Counted from the stretch's first letter, positions 35,955 through 48,717 are shown. The stretch is DNA of 64,000 bases from Marsupella aquatica (GCA_973895155.1 OZ316893.1:11608259-11672258); one strand, 5' to 3'. Numbers and translations: made by a program. The notes: generated from the letters alone by a model not told the origin.

Positions 35955-37639
35955 CATCACATTGCGCACCAGGAGGCAGTTAAAGTATCCAGAACTGACA
36001 GAGAAACAACTTGGTGATAAGTTGAAGAGTTGGTTCTACTATTGTTGCTGCAATGCAAAAGAAAGGTATGATGGCAACTACGGTATTTAATTGCATTGAA
36101 ATTAGCTTGAGCAATGAATTTGTTCATCATTTTAACTAAGCTAACTCTTGAATTATATTGTAATGACTACTTACTAGCAGAGGAAATGATGATGCTACCA
36201 TGTTGGCTAGGGAGATCATCACAGCAGCTGATCATTGGGCTGGCAACCATATATGAACCTTGCAAAAGCTTTCTTCCTCGCAAGTGTTGTGAGGAAGGTG
36301 CAACTTATATGCCATACTATGCGGCAGGTACAGTGTATTGATTATTAAATTTGGTTATGTACTTATGAGATAAATAAGGTGTTTGGATTGTTACCTAATC
36401 TGTTGGGATTTCTAATATTTGCAAGTATATGGAATCTTGTGGATTTTTCAGGGGGTGCTACTCATAGAGCTTTGAAGCAATGGTTGCAGAAGAACGTCAC
36501 TGCAGTCAATGTTTGCTTCTATACTAGAGCCCGAGCAAAATTTTTCAGTGAAACATTTAATGGAAACATCAACAAATATGCTATGAAGAGGATTCATTTT
36601 TCCATGACTCATGAGGCCCGCATGGCATGTGTTGCAATGTGCTGGAATGAAAACATTGGTCGAGAGGTGGTACGAGTTTGAACACGGCAGCCTAGTAATA
36701 CATGTACCCATCAGCGTACATCAAGGGTTCGTGACCTTGTTCCTAGAATCATCAGGTGGAAGAAAGTCGTGGGCTGTACCATATTTGGAAGAGGTGTAGA
36801 CTATGATATGTGATACTTGGTTAGTACATTTATTTTGGCAGGAAACTTCCACCCTTGTCGTGCATTTGACATTTAGAACATATGTAAGTTGTAGGTTTTA
36901 CTATATTCATTTGTCATGTTTTCAGTCCCATATATCACCTTGCCATTTACTTTTGTTTTTGTAATGGAATATATATTTGTAGGATGTGAAAGTTATATTA
37001 GGCGCGCTTAGCACCCTCAATGACAGTTGTGAGTATGTCGTTGTATATCAACTTTGGGAATACATGAACTTTGCAAATATTTTTCATAATTTCACAATAC
37101 TCCAAAGGGGAATTGAACCCCTTGTGCTGCCATCCAGTAGGAGTTCCAACCCAAAGGAGGGGGAAGGAGGCACAAGCCAAACAAACACAAAAAAACAAGT
37201 AGCACAAATAACCCAGACAATGAAAATACTAGGAAAAAACAAATATAGATACATTAAAATAAAAAAACTTTCAAAAACCAAATAACCAGGATGGTGTTTG
37301 CTTCGCATTTCCCAAGGAATTTGCAATGCAATTGGGAGAAAGAAGGAGGCACATGCCAAACAAAGAAAATGAAATAATATAGTAGAACAAAGAAACCCTG
37401 GAACAATAAGTAAACATAGATGAAAACATAGTTACATAGCTAAGAGCACTAGAGGCATACACCAACATCATGTTTGCTTAGAAACTCCCAAGTTATTTAT
37501 ACTTGCGGTTGGGAAAGGAAAGGAGGCACATGTGAAACAAACATGACAAAACCGGTGAAAACAAAGAACCCATGAAAAAATAACTCAAGTGATGACACAA
37601 CAATGATGAAAAAAAAGAAAAAAAACACAACTTAGAAAC

Positions 37640-38571
37640 CTAGAATCGGAAACCCACATGTTGTTCGCCTGGTAGTTCCCACGTGGACTGCACTGCAGCT
37701 ATGACTGCTGCTAGGAAGGGTGTTCCATCCCCAAAGCTAGCAACATATGCTAGCTTGCGATACACAACATACCCTTGTCTACGAGGAACTGTTTCAGTGT
37801 ATGCCCATGCGGCACACATATGAAAAGCTTCAGCTGTCGCAGGGGAAAGAACCTGGGCAAAGTTGAGGTCCCGAAGGTTGTCGTCTATCGCCGTGCAAAA
37901 AGTTGGGAACCTAGCAACTATGTCAACATGTCTCAACAATCAAAAATTTTGACGTCCCGGTGGAGGAATAGGCCATGATAAGTGATATATGTGATCTCCA
38001 TAGGAGATCAGCTCCGCCGGTCTGTTTTGATGCTCAACGCTCCTACAAAACATAGGAAATTGAACAAATGTAGTTAGCATCCCTACAAAACTAAGCCAAC
38101 AATTGTTGTTTGATGGAGGTTATATTTTACACCAAATTGAGGAAGAACAAACAAGTATTATGCGCGCATGAAGGAAAGTCAATTGTAAAAAAATTCACAT
38201 ATTTTGCTAAGGTAAGCAAACTAAGTATATGCATGCAAACTTGCCACATAGAAGTGCACACATGGCCAAAAAGAAAATGAAGGGTAAGTACCAAGTATCA
38301 CTCATGCATAATTGAAGGTATTCGGTCAACAAGAAAATGAAGGGTAAGTACCAAGCAAGTTTCACTCATGCATAATTGAAGGTATTCGGTAAATTAAAAA
38401 GAAAATGAAGGGTAAGTACCAAGTTTCACTCTTGCATAATTGAAGGTATTCGGTCAACAAGAAAATGAAGGGTAAGTACCAAGTTTCACTCATGCATAAT
38501 TGAAGGTATTCGGTCAAGAGAGAGTTCAAATTGTAGACTCTGCATGATTGAATGTACCTGGAATTATTCAT
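37640..38571 (-). pseudogene. KolX-like accessory gene (exons 38571-38558 and 38042-37640; frameshift near 37940)
   Basis: C-terminus R.GY..YRKLAY...G.G.P..AAVIAAV..TW..PGEQHVGFRF* fits the recalled KolX / P2X7-tail-like motif YR..AY..G..P.CV...IR..FP...Y.GF*. It is convergent with the transposase. Confidence 0.65.
38270..38518. repeat. About 60-bp tandem repeat x4 inside the KolX-like intron
   Basis: Unit aagaaaatgaagggtaagtaccaagtttcactcatgcataattgaaggtattcggtcaac. Confidence 0.92.
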
Positions 38572-38574
38572 GCC

Positions 38575-38831
38575 GATTGCAAGGGTGATCGAGAAACCAG
38601 TCAATAACTCCAGGGCGATTGAGAAACCAGTCAATAACTCCTAGGGTAAGTCTATTCTGATGTTCCAAGAACAACTGAACTGCACTCGGTCGATGGAAGA
38701 ACGATTGCAAGGGTGATCGAGAAACCAGTCAATAACTCCAGGGCGATCAAGAAACCAGTCGATAACTCCTAGGGTAAGTCTATTATGATGTTCCAAGAAC
38801 AACTGAACTGCACTCGGCCGATGGAAGAACG
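38575..38831. repeat. About 128-bp tandem duplication containing 30-bp subrepeats
   Basis: gggtgatcgagaaaccagtcaataactcc x4 and gggtaagtctatt..gttccaagaacaactgaactgcactcgg..gatggaagaacga x2. Confidence 0.9.
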
Positions 38832-39192
38832 AAACCAACTGCAAGAACAAATTTCCTCTGCAAAATGTTTTGCGGAGCTAAACTGCAATGTTATGCCGAG
38901 CTAAACTACAGAATGGCCGATCGAAGAACAACGAACTGCAAAACGGTTGATCAAAGGAACATAGAAAGTTTTCTAGTTACTCGGCCTTGAGCTCATTCAA
39001 ACCAAGGAACAGAGAAAAGGAGCTCATGTAGTTGAAGCATGCCCTTCTTATGGGAGTCGTAAACCCAAAAAGTGAGAAGCAGCACAAGCACATAGTTTGG
39101 TCGTAAACCGAAAAAGCAATCAAACCAATTATAGAAGTATGTGAGCTGTGAACGAGCACAATAGGCATGGGCAATAGGCATGGGGAAGGACT

Positions 39193-40600
39193 GTGAGTGT
39201 CTGTGGCCACAGTAGCGCTGATTTCATTGAGCTTCATTGGCCTAATGTAAGCACGTTTCCTGTGGCGGTGGCAATTGTGTTGGGGGCTGCTCTTCTCCTT
39301 TTCTTATGGGTGGTCCTGAATTGGGCACTGCGGCAAAGCATTTACTTGAACTCAAAGGCTAAAATTCCCAGAGGGTCCAATGGGTGGCCCCTGATCGGAG
39401 AAATGCTGGCTTTTGCGAATGCCAATCCTATAGAGTTTGCCACGCCTCGCCTGAAGAAGTAAGACCATCGTTGCACATTAACTCTTTACTTCTTCATTCC
39501 GATAGGCCAATGAATTCACTGAAGGGATTGTGAAGTAGCTCATTCATTTTTTGCACTATTTCAAGTCAATAGGTCGGCAAATATTTCTCCAGAAATTTGG
39601 GTTGTGGCTGCCGAACAATACCCATCCCTTCGCCAGGGGGTGTTACTCCTTTTCTCCCACCCTATGATAGTGGGTCTAAAGAGAGTGCACCTTCCAGCTC
39701 TAACACAAAAATCCGATACTCTCAAATAGAAGCAAAGAGAGATTGGAGATCCAATCCCCCAATGGCCTGTTGCCGTAAGAGCCTAATCCGATACTCTCAT
39801 TTAGAAGCAAAGAGAGATTGGAGATCCAATCCCCCAATGGCCTGTTGCCGTAAGAGCCTTCACTTTAGAAGTCATCAGTTTAACATAGTCATTTGAATGT
39901 CAGTTGGGCTAAGGTGTGATAAATTCTGAAAGTTTTTGCAATTAAATGGATTGCAGGTATGCAGCTGTCTTTAGATCCCATATAGCTAGAGTACCCTCGA
40001 TTGTAGTCACATCTCCGGATATGCCAAAGTTTGTGTATCCTGAAAAGAGTCTGTTCCGAGCAAGCTATCCGCGAAACATTGCAACTCTTATCGGCAAAAA
40101 ATCTCTTTCCAATTGCGACCCTGCGTGGCACCCCTTTTTGAAGAGAATCGTACACAGTGTTGTTCTTCCACAAACTCTAAAGCGTGAAGTGGGGCATTGT
40201 GCTAGACACTCTGAAGTCTTGGAATGGAAGAATAGTTCAGATAGCAGTAGAGAGGAAGGAGGTGAGTGCAATCCTGAATTTTCCACACTTAGAATCACGA
40301 GCGCAAACTTGAGATCACTGCATTGCTTTTGTTGGCAAGTGAAAGCTGGAATGGGACTGACCATCAAGAGACATAATGTCTGCCTTGAATGCTTGTCGTA
40401 ACAGCTACAAAAGCGACGAACATTTCTATTGGCTTTGTCCTACATGTCAGAACTACTAAAGGGAGAAAAAGATGTTTCGTTTTGTAGTGTGACGTTCTCG
40501 TCAATGCTTATCGAGCACTTTTGAAGGCCTTTTACGCCATCCCTATCAATCTCCCGGGCTTCACTTGGTGTAAAGCGCACTTGGTATAAAGCTTTGCAGG
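39193..40600 (+). pseudogene. Cytochrome P450, CYP85-clan-like, 5' exons only and degenerate
   Basis: Membrane anchor, hinge IPRGSNGWPLIGE, Y..VFRSHI...PSIVV, ASYPRN...LIG and a later AIPINLPGF..YKALQ segment. Frameshifted; no heme-binding exon seen. Confidence 0.8.
39710..39859. repeat. 75-bp tandem duplication in the P450 intron
   Basis: aatccgatactctca..tagaagcaaagagagattggagatccaatcccccaatggcctgttgccgtaagagcct x2. Confidence 0.92.
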
Positions 40601-41299
40601 TATCACGTCTGTCCAGGAAACGAGCTTGAGAAGCTGAATACCTCCCTGCTCTGCTGCAATTGACTCTGCAATGGTTTACACATGCAGCATGGGAGGAGGA
40701 AAAGCATTTGGACACTGGTGCATCATGGGCGAGAGGACTTGCCCACCAAGGCTTCTCAAACTCACGCGGCCCTCCGTAAAATGAGTAGAGACACTGTGGG
40801 GCAGGTGTAGAGTTGACCGGGCCAAAAAGCGACCTGTTAGAAACAATCGGGAATGCCCGGGCCTGAAATAACTCCTATATTAAGCAACCTGGTATAACCA
40901 GGTTTTTACAGTGGACAGTGGTGGTTTAAAATAGAATTAAGAAGGACAGGACAGGACACGTGTGCTCCCATGAGGGCTATAGGGCTTCAAGTTGAAATGC
41001 ATGAAGCGTCAGTCTGAAAAGTACATAAGTGGAAGAAACTGAGAGGAAAAACCAAAATATCACCTTTTGAAATGATCTAAAATTTTGGCTAAAAACAGAG
41101 CAAGTGGACATTTTCCTTTGGGCCCACTCAAAGTGCCAGACAAGAAAAACAACAAAATTTAAGATTTGTATTTCTACTTTTAACATCTGGGTATACAAGC
41201 AATCAATAAACTTGCATGAAAAGGGAAGGTACAACTCTTGTAGGTTGTGGGAAGCACACATCCGACCCATTTTGACTTCCATAGATCACTTTTACATAG

Positions 41300-41490
41300 A
41301 TCCTCACACTCTCAAAGAACGAAAACCCCAAAACGGGAAAACCTCAAAACGGGGAGATAGGATCCCAAAGGCAAAAGATCCAAGAAAGGGGGGAGTGGTG
41401 GAGGAGAAGGGAAAGACCACAAGAGGGCCAAAGAGACCCCACAAGTCCAAGAGCCCCTAACAAATGCAAGAGAACACAAAGCTATCTAAA
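41300..41490. repeat. Dispersed repeat, probably a LINE 3'-end fragment; second copy about 51560-51730
   Basis: Shared tcccaaaggcaaa...(gt/g)ccaagag(t)cccc.aa..aat(g/a)ca blocks, each followed by a C-rich tract. Confidence 0.5.
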
Positions 41491-42858
41491 CATTATAACA
41501 TATTATTATCCTATCACTTTTCTGCATTATGTTTACAAAACCAATCTGGGTGGGAACAAACCATGGTACTTCCCTTTGCCCCTCACATTTCTCCTCCATC
41601 TTCCCTGACCTCCTCTCTTGTCCTTGCCTCCCTTAGCCCAAGCCCCACCCTTGCAACCCTCCCGGCCATCACTCACCAACCTGAGAAACAGTCAGCAGCA
41701 CCGCATGGTCCATGCCATGGCCCAACCCAACCCGACGTGCAATGCCATTGACTAGGTTTTGTTTTGACACCACTATTACATCAGCCCCAACATATCTCTT
41801 ACATCAAGCCCGACATCAACAACATCCTCAAAGACATTTCCCTCTCCCGCTATTTCTTTCGTCAATGACTTCCTTTGCCTGGAAGACACACCCTTGCATT
41901 GATGACACATAAGATATCTCAGCAACTTCCTTACCTCCACAACTTACACTTCCTTGCCTTACTTGCAGCTTTGTCTCACCTCGACATTTCCTTTGCAATG
42001 CACAGGCATTGGGGTTGTCTAATTACTGAAGTGTGAACAAAAAGCTAGGGTAAGGGCCAACACCTAGATAGTGACTTTAGGGACAGCTAACATTGGTGAA
42101 AAAAACTGAGAATGGGCACAATTTAGAGAGACAATACTCACCATCTACTCACAAGTAAAGCTCGGGCATTTAGGGTAGTCAGAATCATGGATCAGGTACA
42201 TAAAAACGATTCCTCCAAGGCAAAAAATAATAATTAACAAATTGCCATAAGAAAATTTTATTTCCTCCATATTCATAAAAAATCAAACCAAGGCAAACTA
42301 TCATGATAAATGATCAAAGGGAGAGAGTGATGGCATGAGTGTTTTGTGGGTCCTTTTCAAGGCACTGCTACCCTTCGTATGAGGATTATGCCTATCTTTT
42401 GAAGATGAAGTAGCCAGCTAGAGACAATGTTCCTGTCCACTACCACTGTTTCATATCTCATTCCTGGAGATGATTTCTCTGGAGCTAGTGGCAGGTGGGC
42501 AAGAAGTCTCCAAAGGTCCTTGTTTGACTTGTGCATCCATATCACTTTGACAAGATTAATATCATGAAGATTCTCCTTCACTTCTTCCTCTTAAGGAAAC
42601 CCCCAATCAAACTCACTCTCCTAGCTCCAATCCAGCTCCCTCCTCCCCCAAATACATTTCCTCCCTCCCCCAAATGCATTTCCTCCTGTCCCTGATCATC
42701 TCAGGGGTTAAGTAATTGGCTATTTTGAGATACCTTGTGCTATATTAGCCTAATTTTAATAACCTTATATATAATCAATATGTTATAAGGAGTATTTGTT
42801 ATTTTCACTTTAATTGACTACATTATTTTACAAAAGATATAGATATTAGAGGGATATT

Positions 42859-43105
42859 CTAAATGTACGAGCCCTATGCTCTGGCATTGCATGGCGCAAG
42901 GAGGGCCGGCCCATAGGGAGTCGGGCTGGGGCATTTAGGGGGCAGCGCGGGGAAGCACATATGCGCCAGGGGTGCCCATTTCCTCCATCAACAGCCAGGG
43001 AAAACAGCCAAACAAATCCAATGGCTGTGGATCTTTCCTGCCCAGGAGTTTTTTGTATTGGGACAAAGGACGAAAAAATGTGGGATCCCTTATAATAGTT
43101 GTAGA
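42859..43105 (-). mobile_element. Non-autonomous Helitron-like element, copy A
   Basis: On the minus strand it starts TCTACAACTATTATAAG and ends with a GC-rich hairpin then TTTAG. About 250 bp, homologous to 63411-63659. Confidence 0.65.
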
Positions 43106-43494
43106 TAAGCGTACTGTTGCCCACCTTCTTTTTTACCTCCTCTGCTTTAGAAAACTTTTACAAATATCACTCAAATGTACATATTTTACTTGCATGTGTT
43201 TTTTACGGATTTCCACAGTCTACCCCTGGAGCTGACCATTTGACAATGCAACCTGTGCATAAGATGGCCATCCTGTCCGGTCCCATGTCCTTATCAACTT
43301 CCATCATGTAATGCAAGACCTAAACTTTGTTGGGTTGAATAGTGTTTGTTATCAAAATTGAGTACACTTAGAGATTGGCTTAGGCCAGCACTGGCCAGAC
43401 CAGGCCCTCTTTGATCACACATTAACCTCACTAGCTCCCCCTCCTGTTTGCTATCACCTGACATTAGTCTGTCTCCAGGACCCAAACAGTAGCT

Positions 43495-43788
43495 AGAGCA
43501 TATCCAATAGTTTTTTTTTGGCTTTTTCCCAGCCATAACCCCTTTGCCAAGGTGGCCTGCAGGTTCCAAGCCTCATAATCCCCACCCAGCCGCGCCAAGT
43601 CTCAATGTTTCAAAGTTTTGTGTGAAAATAGCATCAGGGGTTATATTTGCTAACCCATGGCCTGGTCAAGGCTAGGGCCATGGATGAAATTCCCCAGGAC
43701 TCACTGCATTCGGAGATCAATTACAGCCCATAATCTACTCCAGGCCATGAGTTACCCTACACTTTCCCAGCCCCTGTAGAGATGCTCT
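43495..43788. mobile_element. Tourist/Harbinger-like MITE
   Basis: Inverted ends AGAGCATATCCAA ... TAGAGATGCTCT. The same terminus AGAGCATCTCCAA also occurs near 13058. Confidence 0.55.
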
Positions 43789-43789
43789 A

Positions 43790-44210
43790 TATTAGTTTTG
43801 GATGTTGGTCATGAGTGGTAAACCACCTGTTTACGAGTCTGCCACTTTAGTTCCGGGAAAACCTGCATGACCCAAACTAGAGCCAAAACTGAGAGGTTTG
43901 AGACTCACTACTAGGGCGTCTCAAACCTGAAGGGCCAAAAAAAGTTCCAAGCCGGCAAGTGTCAGTTTTGGATGTCAACCGTAACCGGTAAAGCAGCTAT
44001 TTACAAGTCCGCCACCTTACTTCCAGGAAAACCCGGGTGACCCTGACTAGAGCCATAGCCTAACTCTAGTCCAGCCAGTGACCAAGACCAACACCATGGT
44101 CACAAACCTGGTACATACAACCAAACCAACACCAACACCTTGGTCACAAAGCTGGTACCTACAACCAAACCAAGACCAACACCTTGGTCACAAAGCTGGT
44201 ACATACAACA
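43790..44210. repeat. About 175-bp diverged duplication followed by an about 45-bp tandem repeat x3
   Basis: agttttggatgt...ggtaaa...gccac..ttcc.ggaaaacc..tgaccc..actagagcca x2; accaacacc.tggtcacaaa.ctggtac.tacaac x3. Confidence 0.8.
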
Positions 44211-45524
44211 TCCATCAGAGCTGTTGAATTGGCTGTTGAACTTCATTTAGGTCCTTCACCTTCGTTAGGTTTTGACTGGTCTGCGACTCCGCGTCGAGGA
44301 GTTCCAATTCAATATTTAACAACCGTAAACGACGGCAAAGTGCTGCACATTTAATCGATCGAAAAGTAGAGTTCCGACACAATCCATCGAACGTTCGAAG
44401 ATGATCACCGAAGCCTGCATCCCACTGTCACGATAATCACCGTCGAGAATCGAGAAGCGAGGAGGGAAAGGGGCTTTCGTTTCGCGACCGTGCATGAGCC
44501 AGGATTCGCTCCAGGCCGGTAAGTAAAGCTCCTCCGTTCTCTGCATTCCTTTGAAGAACAACAAGCTCGATGATGTCGTGTTTGAAAGGGAGGTGAGGAA
44601 GAATTTCCCATATATTTATGCCTGCAGAATGATGGATAGTCGTCGGTGTTCAAAGAGTATTCATAAGGAAATGACCATTGAACTTCTTGGCTACGTGTTC
44701 TGGTAGGCTAACTTCGCTGCCACATTTCCCTGGCTGAAACGAATGATAGTTTTAGGGTTTCATGGGTTGCGTAGGTGCAAATTAGCTTTTCCATCGAGAT
44801 GTTGTTTTCTTCTGGAGAGTGACAGGTAACGATTGTGGAGCTGTGTTTGGTCGATTTTCTGTTACTTGACTTCAGTGGAAAATCCTCCCAAGGCTCCCAT
44901 CACCTGTCCGTTCCTGTCCTTCTGTGCCATCAACGCGTTTATGCCATACTTCTCCTTTATTTATAACTTAGTATCGGCAAGCTAACCTAGGTGGAGTGTT
45001 TGTTACGCCAAGCTCTAGAGGACTGATTCGGGTACTCTTCCGCTGCCTCCCTCGTTTGAAGAGAAAAGGCTTTCTGACCCAGACCTCGCTAGACTATCTC
45101 CTTCTCTGGCTGCATTTCAACGACGGTCCAGTCCAGCATTCATACATCGCTCTTGAATTGTGACGAGATTTCTGTGCGTTTCTTTGCGTTTCAGTTTGGG
45201 CCCTGTCTGTGAAGGAGCGGCCCACGAAATAGTCTATCGTTGGTGTACTTGATACGGAGAACTCGCTTTTGCTCTTGCAGATGCATTTCCACTTCGGTCC
45301 AGTCCATGATTGTAACCTTACTCTCGAATTCCAGAGGAGACGTGAGTTTCAATCTGCGCCAAATCGGTGAGGGCGCGGCCACCGGAAGTTCTATCGGTGC
45401 TGTTGCCTTGCTGCGGAGAATTCGCTTGGCTGCTCTGCTGCATCTTTTCATCCGTCGGGACAAGGGTTCGGAGCAATTGAAGGAGGAGGAGGCGGCGGGG
45501 TAAGGAGGGATTCTTTGAAGCGGG

Positions 45525-45887
45525 ATGGCGACGCCGGTGGATATGGAGGTGATACCCTCGGGGACAGGAGGGGACGCAGGGGCGAGCAGCAGTGCAGGAC
45601 CGAGCACAAGGAGGCCCAAGCGGTTCGAGATCAAGAAGTGGAATGCCGTAGCACTCTGGGCTTGGGATATCGTAGTTGACAACTGTGCTATCTGCAGAAA
45701 CCACATCATGGATCTCTGCATTGAGTGCCAAGCTAATCAGGCCAGCGCTACCAGTGAGGAATGCACAGTTGCATGGGGTGTTTGCAACCATGCGTTTCAC
45801 TTCCACTGCATCAGTCGTTGGCTGAAGACTCGGCAAGTGTGCCCTCTGGATAACAGCGAGTGGGAGTTTCAGAAGTATGGGCGTTGA
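45525..45887 (+). CDS. RBX1: RING-box protein 1 (cullin-RING ligase subunit), intronless CDS
   Basis: [79 protein letters not shown] is the near-invariant RBX1 sequence. Confidence 0.99.
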   Translation: MATPVDMEVIPSGTGGDAGASSSAGPSTRRPKRFEIKKWNAVALWAWDIVVDNCAICRNHIMDLCIECQANQASATSEECTVAWGVCNHAFHFHCISRWLKTRQVCPLDNSEWEFQKYGR

Positions 45888-48717
45888 GTTAATGATGCCG
45901 GGTACTGGCTGAGAAGCCTGGTACTGAAGTTCAGCGCTACCATAATATTCAGTATGATTGGCCAAACTTGTCTAGCAGGCAGTGCGCTGGTGCCTGTGTG
46001 CTGGGCCTTTCTCTCGTGGTCTTCTTCAGCGCAGCGCATCTTCTCTGTACAGAATCGCCAGGGCGATACTGTTTGCATTGTAGAGTTTGGCCTCCTGATT
46101 TAGGGTTGGCTTGGCAACCGGTCTATTAAATTGATAGTACACTGACAATCCGATGTAGTAGCATCATGTATTAGTCATGTTCTCGTTCCTTCCTCGCTAT
46201 GGAATTAGCTTCAGCCGGCCTAGAGTTTTTTGGGGTCGAGAATTAGAGAACTTGATGTCGATACAGTAAAGGTATAACTGAAATGTCATTCCCAACTTAG
46301 GTAAGGGTCAAGGGGAAAGCTCTATGAGACTGAATCCCATTCACTATTGGGTACTACTTGGCCAGTGAACCCAAATGTAAGGAAAGATTTGACTGGTGGA
46401 CGCCTAAACATTGCACTACCCTGAACCTACAGACTTACCAAAGCATTCAAAAAATGAGAATTTCAAGTTTTGCTCATTCTGAAATATGGTAGAGATAGTA
46501 GATTGCCCCAGTGCTATGGCTGTGAGAACGTCTGATGATATGAGAGTGAGCCGAGAGTTAGGAAGACTTGGAGCCTGTAAGCAAGAATTTTAGGCTATGA
46601 ATAGGATTTGGTGTCCTGTAAGCAATGTCTTGGGCTATGGAAGCATGATTCGGGGTCCCAAGGAGGGATTTTGGTTTCAGGCAAAGTTCTAGGCCCGATG
46701 CCCATGTGTCTATCAGATTAAATATCGACCAGGCTTGTTGATACATTAAGTCGATACAGTCCACTTTCCAGAAGACTTGACACTTCCTTCCGTGTACACA
46801 GTATGTAGGGGCACTTCTTTGAAGTTCACTCCAATTTGAACCCCCGTGTACCTTTTGTTTTCAGAGATTAGCCAGCGGCAAGTGCTCTGCAACAATTGCA
46901 TGTGCTTCACCATTTGACAAACTAGTCAAAATTTATTAGAATGCAGAAGCAAAAAATCTTCTGTTCTTCTGCTCGAAGAAAGTAAGGAAAGGAATCGGAC
47001 CTTTTTCCTATGCTGGAGGCCAAGACTTCCAGTATGTCTGAGGTGGACTTTACCAACTTCATGGTCATTCAATCTGATTTGCGCAGGAACTTCACGATGC
47101 AGGCCTCTGTTACTTTCTGTGAAGTTAATAGCCAAATGAAAGGTATCAACTGAGTGACGGACCCACAGCACAGGAACTTAACGATGCAGGCCCTCTGTTA
47201 ACTTTTGTGGAGTACGAACCAAATGAAAAGTATCCAATTGGGTGATGGATCTACAGCATTGATCGCATGTTGGATGTCTCAACTGCCCTTGGAGCTCGAA
47301 GATGGAGTTTTTGGTGATGCAATGCCCACACATTTCTCCACTGTCTTTTCATTTTGACTTAGCATAACACAGTCATTCAAGAGGAAAAGAATTTGACTAA
47401 GGTCTGCATGAGGTATAAACCGGCTTGTCCGGCCCGGTAAGACTGCAAAGTACGTGCTCCACAGACTGCATGATTGGGACGAATTGCCGTAAGAACAATC
47501 ACTTCCCTGAACCCTCGTGTCACATCTGTCTGCATACTGTTATCCTTCGTTGAATCCAAGATGTTCTTGACTTTCTTTCGAACGAGGGAGGCGGGGGTCA
47601 CACCAACTACACTGAAAGGAAAATAAATTGTTCTCAGAGTTGGGAAAAAGGTGCTTTGCCCCATTTGCTACAATGTGGAAGGGGATGATTAGAGAGGTGA
47701 ATGAAAAGAGCACCTTCGTCCATAAAATGCTTTAATGCCTTCATATGGCTTTAGTCCCAGGTCACTTAATTTTTTGTTTTTGGAAGCAATAGGGAAAACC
47801 AATCCTAGCATCAACAAAAATTTTGAAAAACAAAATTTTTAAGAGAACACGTCAGAATAAATTGGGGTCAATCAATGTAACTGTAGTTTACTTGCAAGTT
47901 AAGGTCCTGTGACCCTAAACTGCCATTAGCCTGCCTTTGAACCTATTAGTGATCTAGATCCAACTGCCACTGTCCATTTTCAAAACCTGGTGTATCCAAG
48001 TAACCATTTAGTCATTAAGATTCTTAACAAAGTTAAAAAGTGGACAAAAAGTGACTATTTAGTACTCCCACAGTTTCATGGACACTTGTGGTTTAAGCAT
48101 TGGTCGAGCAGCACGAGAGAGCTCCAAGTTTGTACGACATGCCAAAGATCAATGCTGCAGGATCCAGCTGCTGTGGCTTTTATCAGTTGGATCCTGCAAC
48201 ATCAATCTTTGGCATGTCATCCAAACCCTAATGTTCTGATTGGCCAAATTGATTGTCTGGTAACTTGTATTGTATCTGGTAGTTACACATGTGAACTCTT
48301 GTCTGGGTTGGCCAAATTGATAGGACTTACCGGTGCTCCCCAGTTTCTCTAGAGTTTCCCGGTCCACCCCCTGCTGAAATGGGATAGACCTGTTATCCCT
48401 TGGAAAGCCTTGTCCAGACAACCATTATCATATATCTAAAGCCCTCCCTCATACAGGGCATTGTCCCAACAAAAGGGTCCAATGTGGGTTTTCCTGGACA
48501 TTCTCCCCTTCACCCAGACTTCATATGGCAATCTATGATCTAGTGATGATTCCCATGGAGCGGGCCATGGAGTCTCAGTGAGAGGAGAATATCCATGAAA
48601 GCCATAAGCCATCAGTATTCACAAGCATAGTTTCAATCTTGAAAATAATTGTTACCAAGTATATTCATTCAAATATTAAAATAATTGTTGACAAATAAAA
48701 GGGCCATCATTACTCAC

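Larger units (their letters stand above)
21950..36813 (+). pseudogene. Kolobok-type DDE transposase, multi-exon and interrupted (exons about 21950-22112, 22241-22556, 29076-29645, 29816-29938, 30064-30364, 30487-30713, 30861-31379 joined to 35960-36065, 36181-36327, 36452-36813)
   Basis: Manual translation shows the zinc finger CRVEGC..LKCPTGH, then YVDCHWNSSRSGYHGT, VVHNDN, QKDLWHKCK, WFYYCCCN, DHWAGNH and FSETFNGNINKYAMKRIHFS..ARM..AMCWNEN. The frame rejoins (EEDI-TLRTRRQLKYPEL) after excising the 31380-35954 insert and one TSD copy. Several premature stops. Confidence 0.78.
21780..38990 (+). mobile_element. Decayed Kolobok-like DNA transposon (about 6 kb once nested insertions are removed)
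   Basis: DDE transposase on + and KolX-like gene on -, arranged tail-to-tail, with subterminal tandem repeats at the right end. Termini and TSD are not resolved. Confidence 0.7.

Noticed and set aside
38270-38831. Possible CRISPR-like array
   Set aside because: Units are head-to-tail with no unique spacers, there are no cas genes, and the context is eukaryotic.
45191-45965. Long antisense ORFs over RBX1 (similarly over VPS33, OTP51 and the DOG1-like gene)
   Set aside because: Shadow frames of real coding sequence with no independent motifs.
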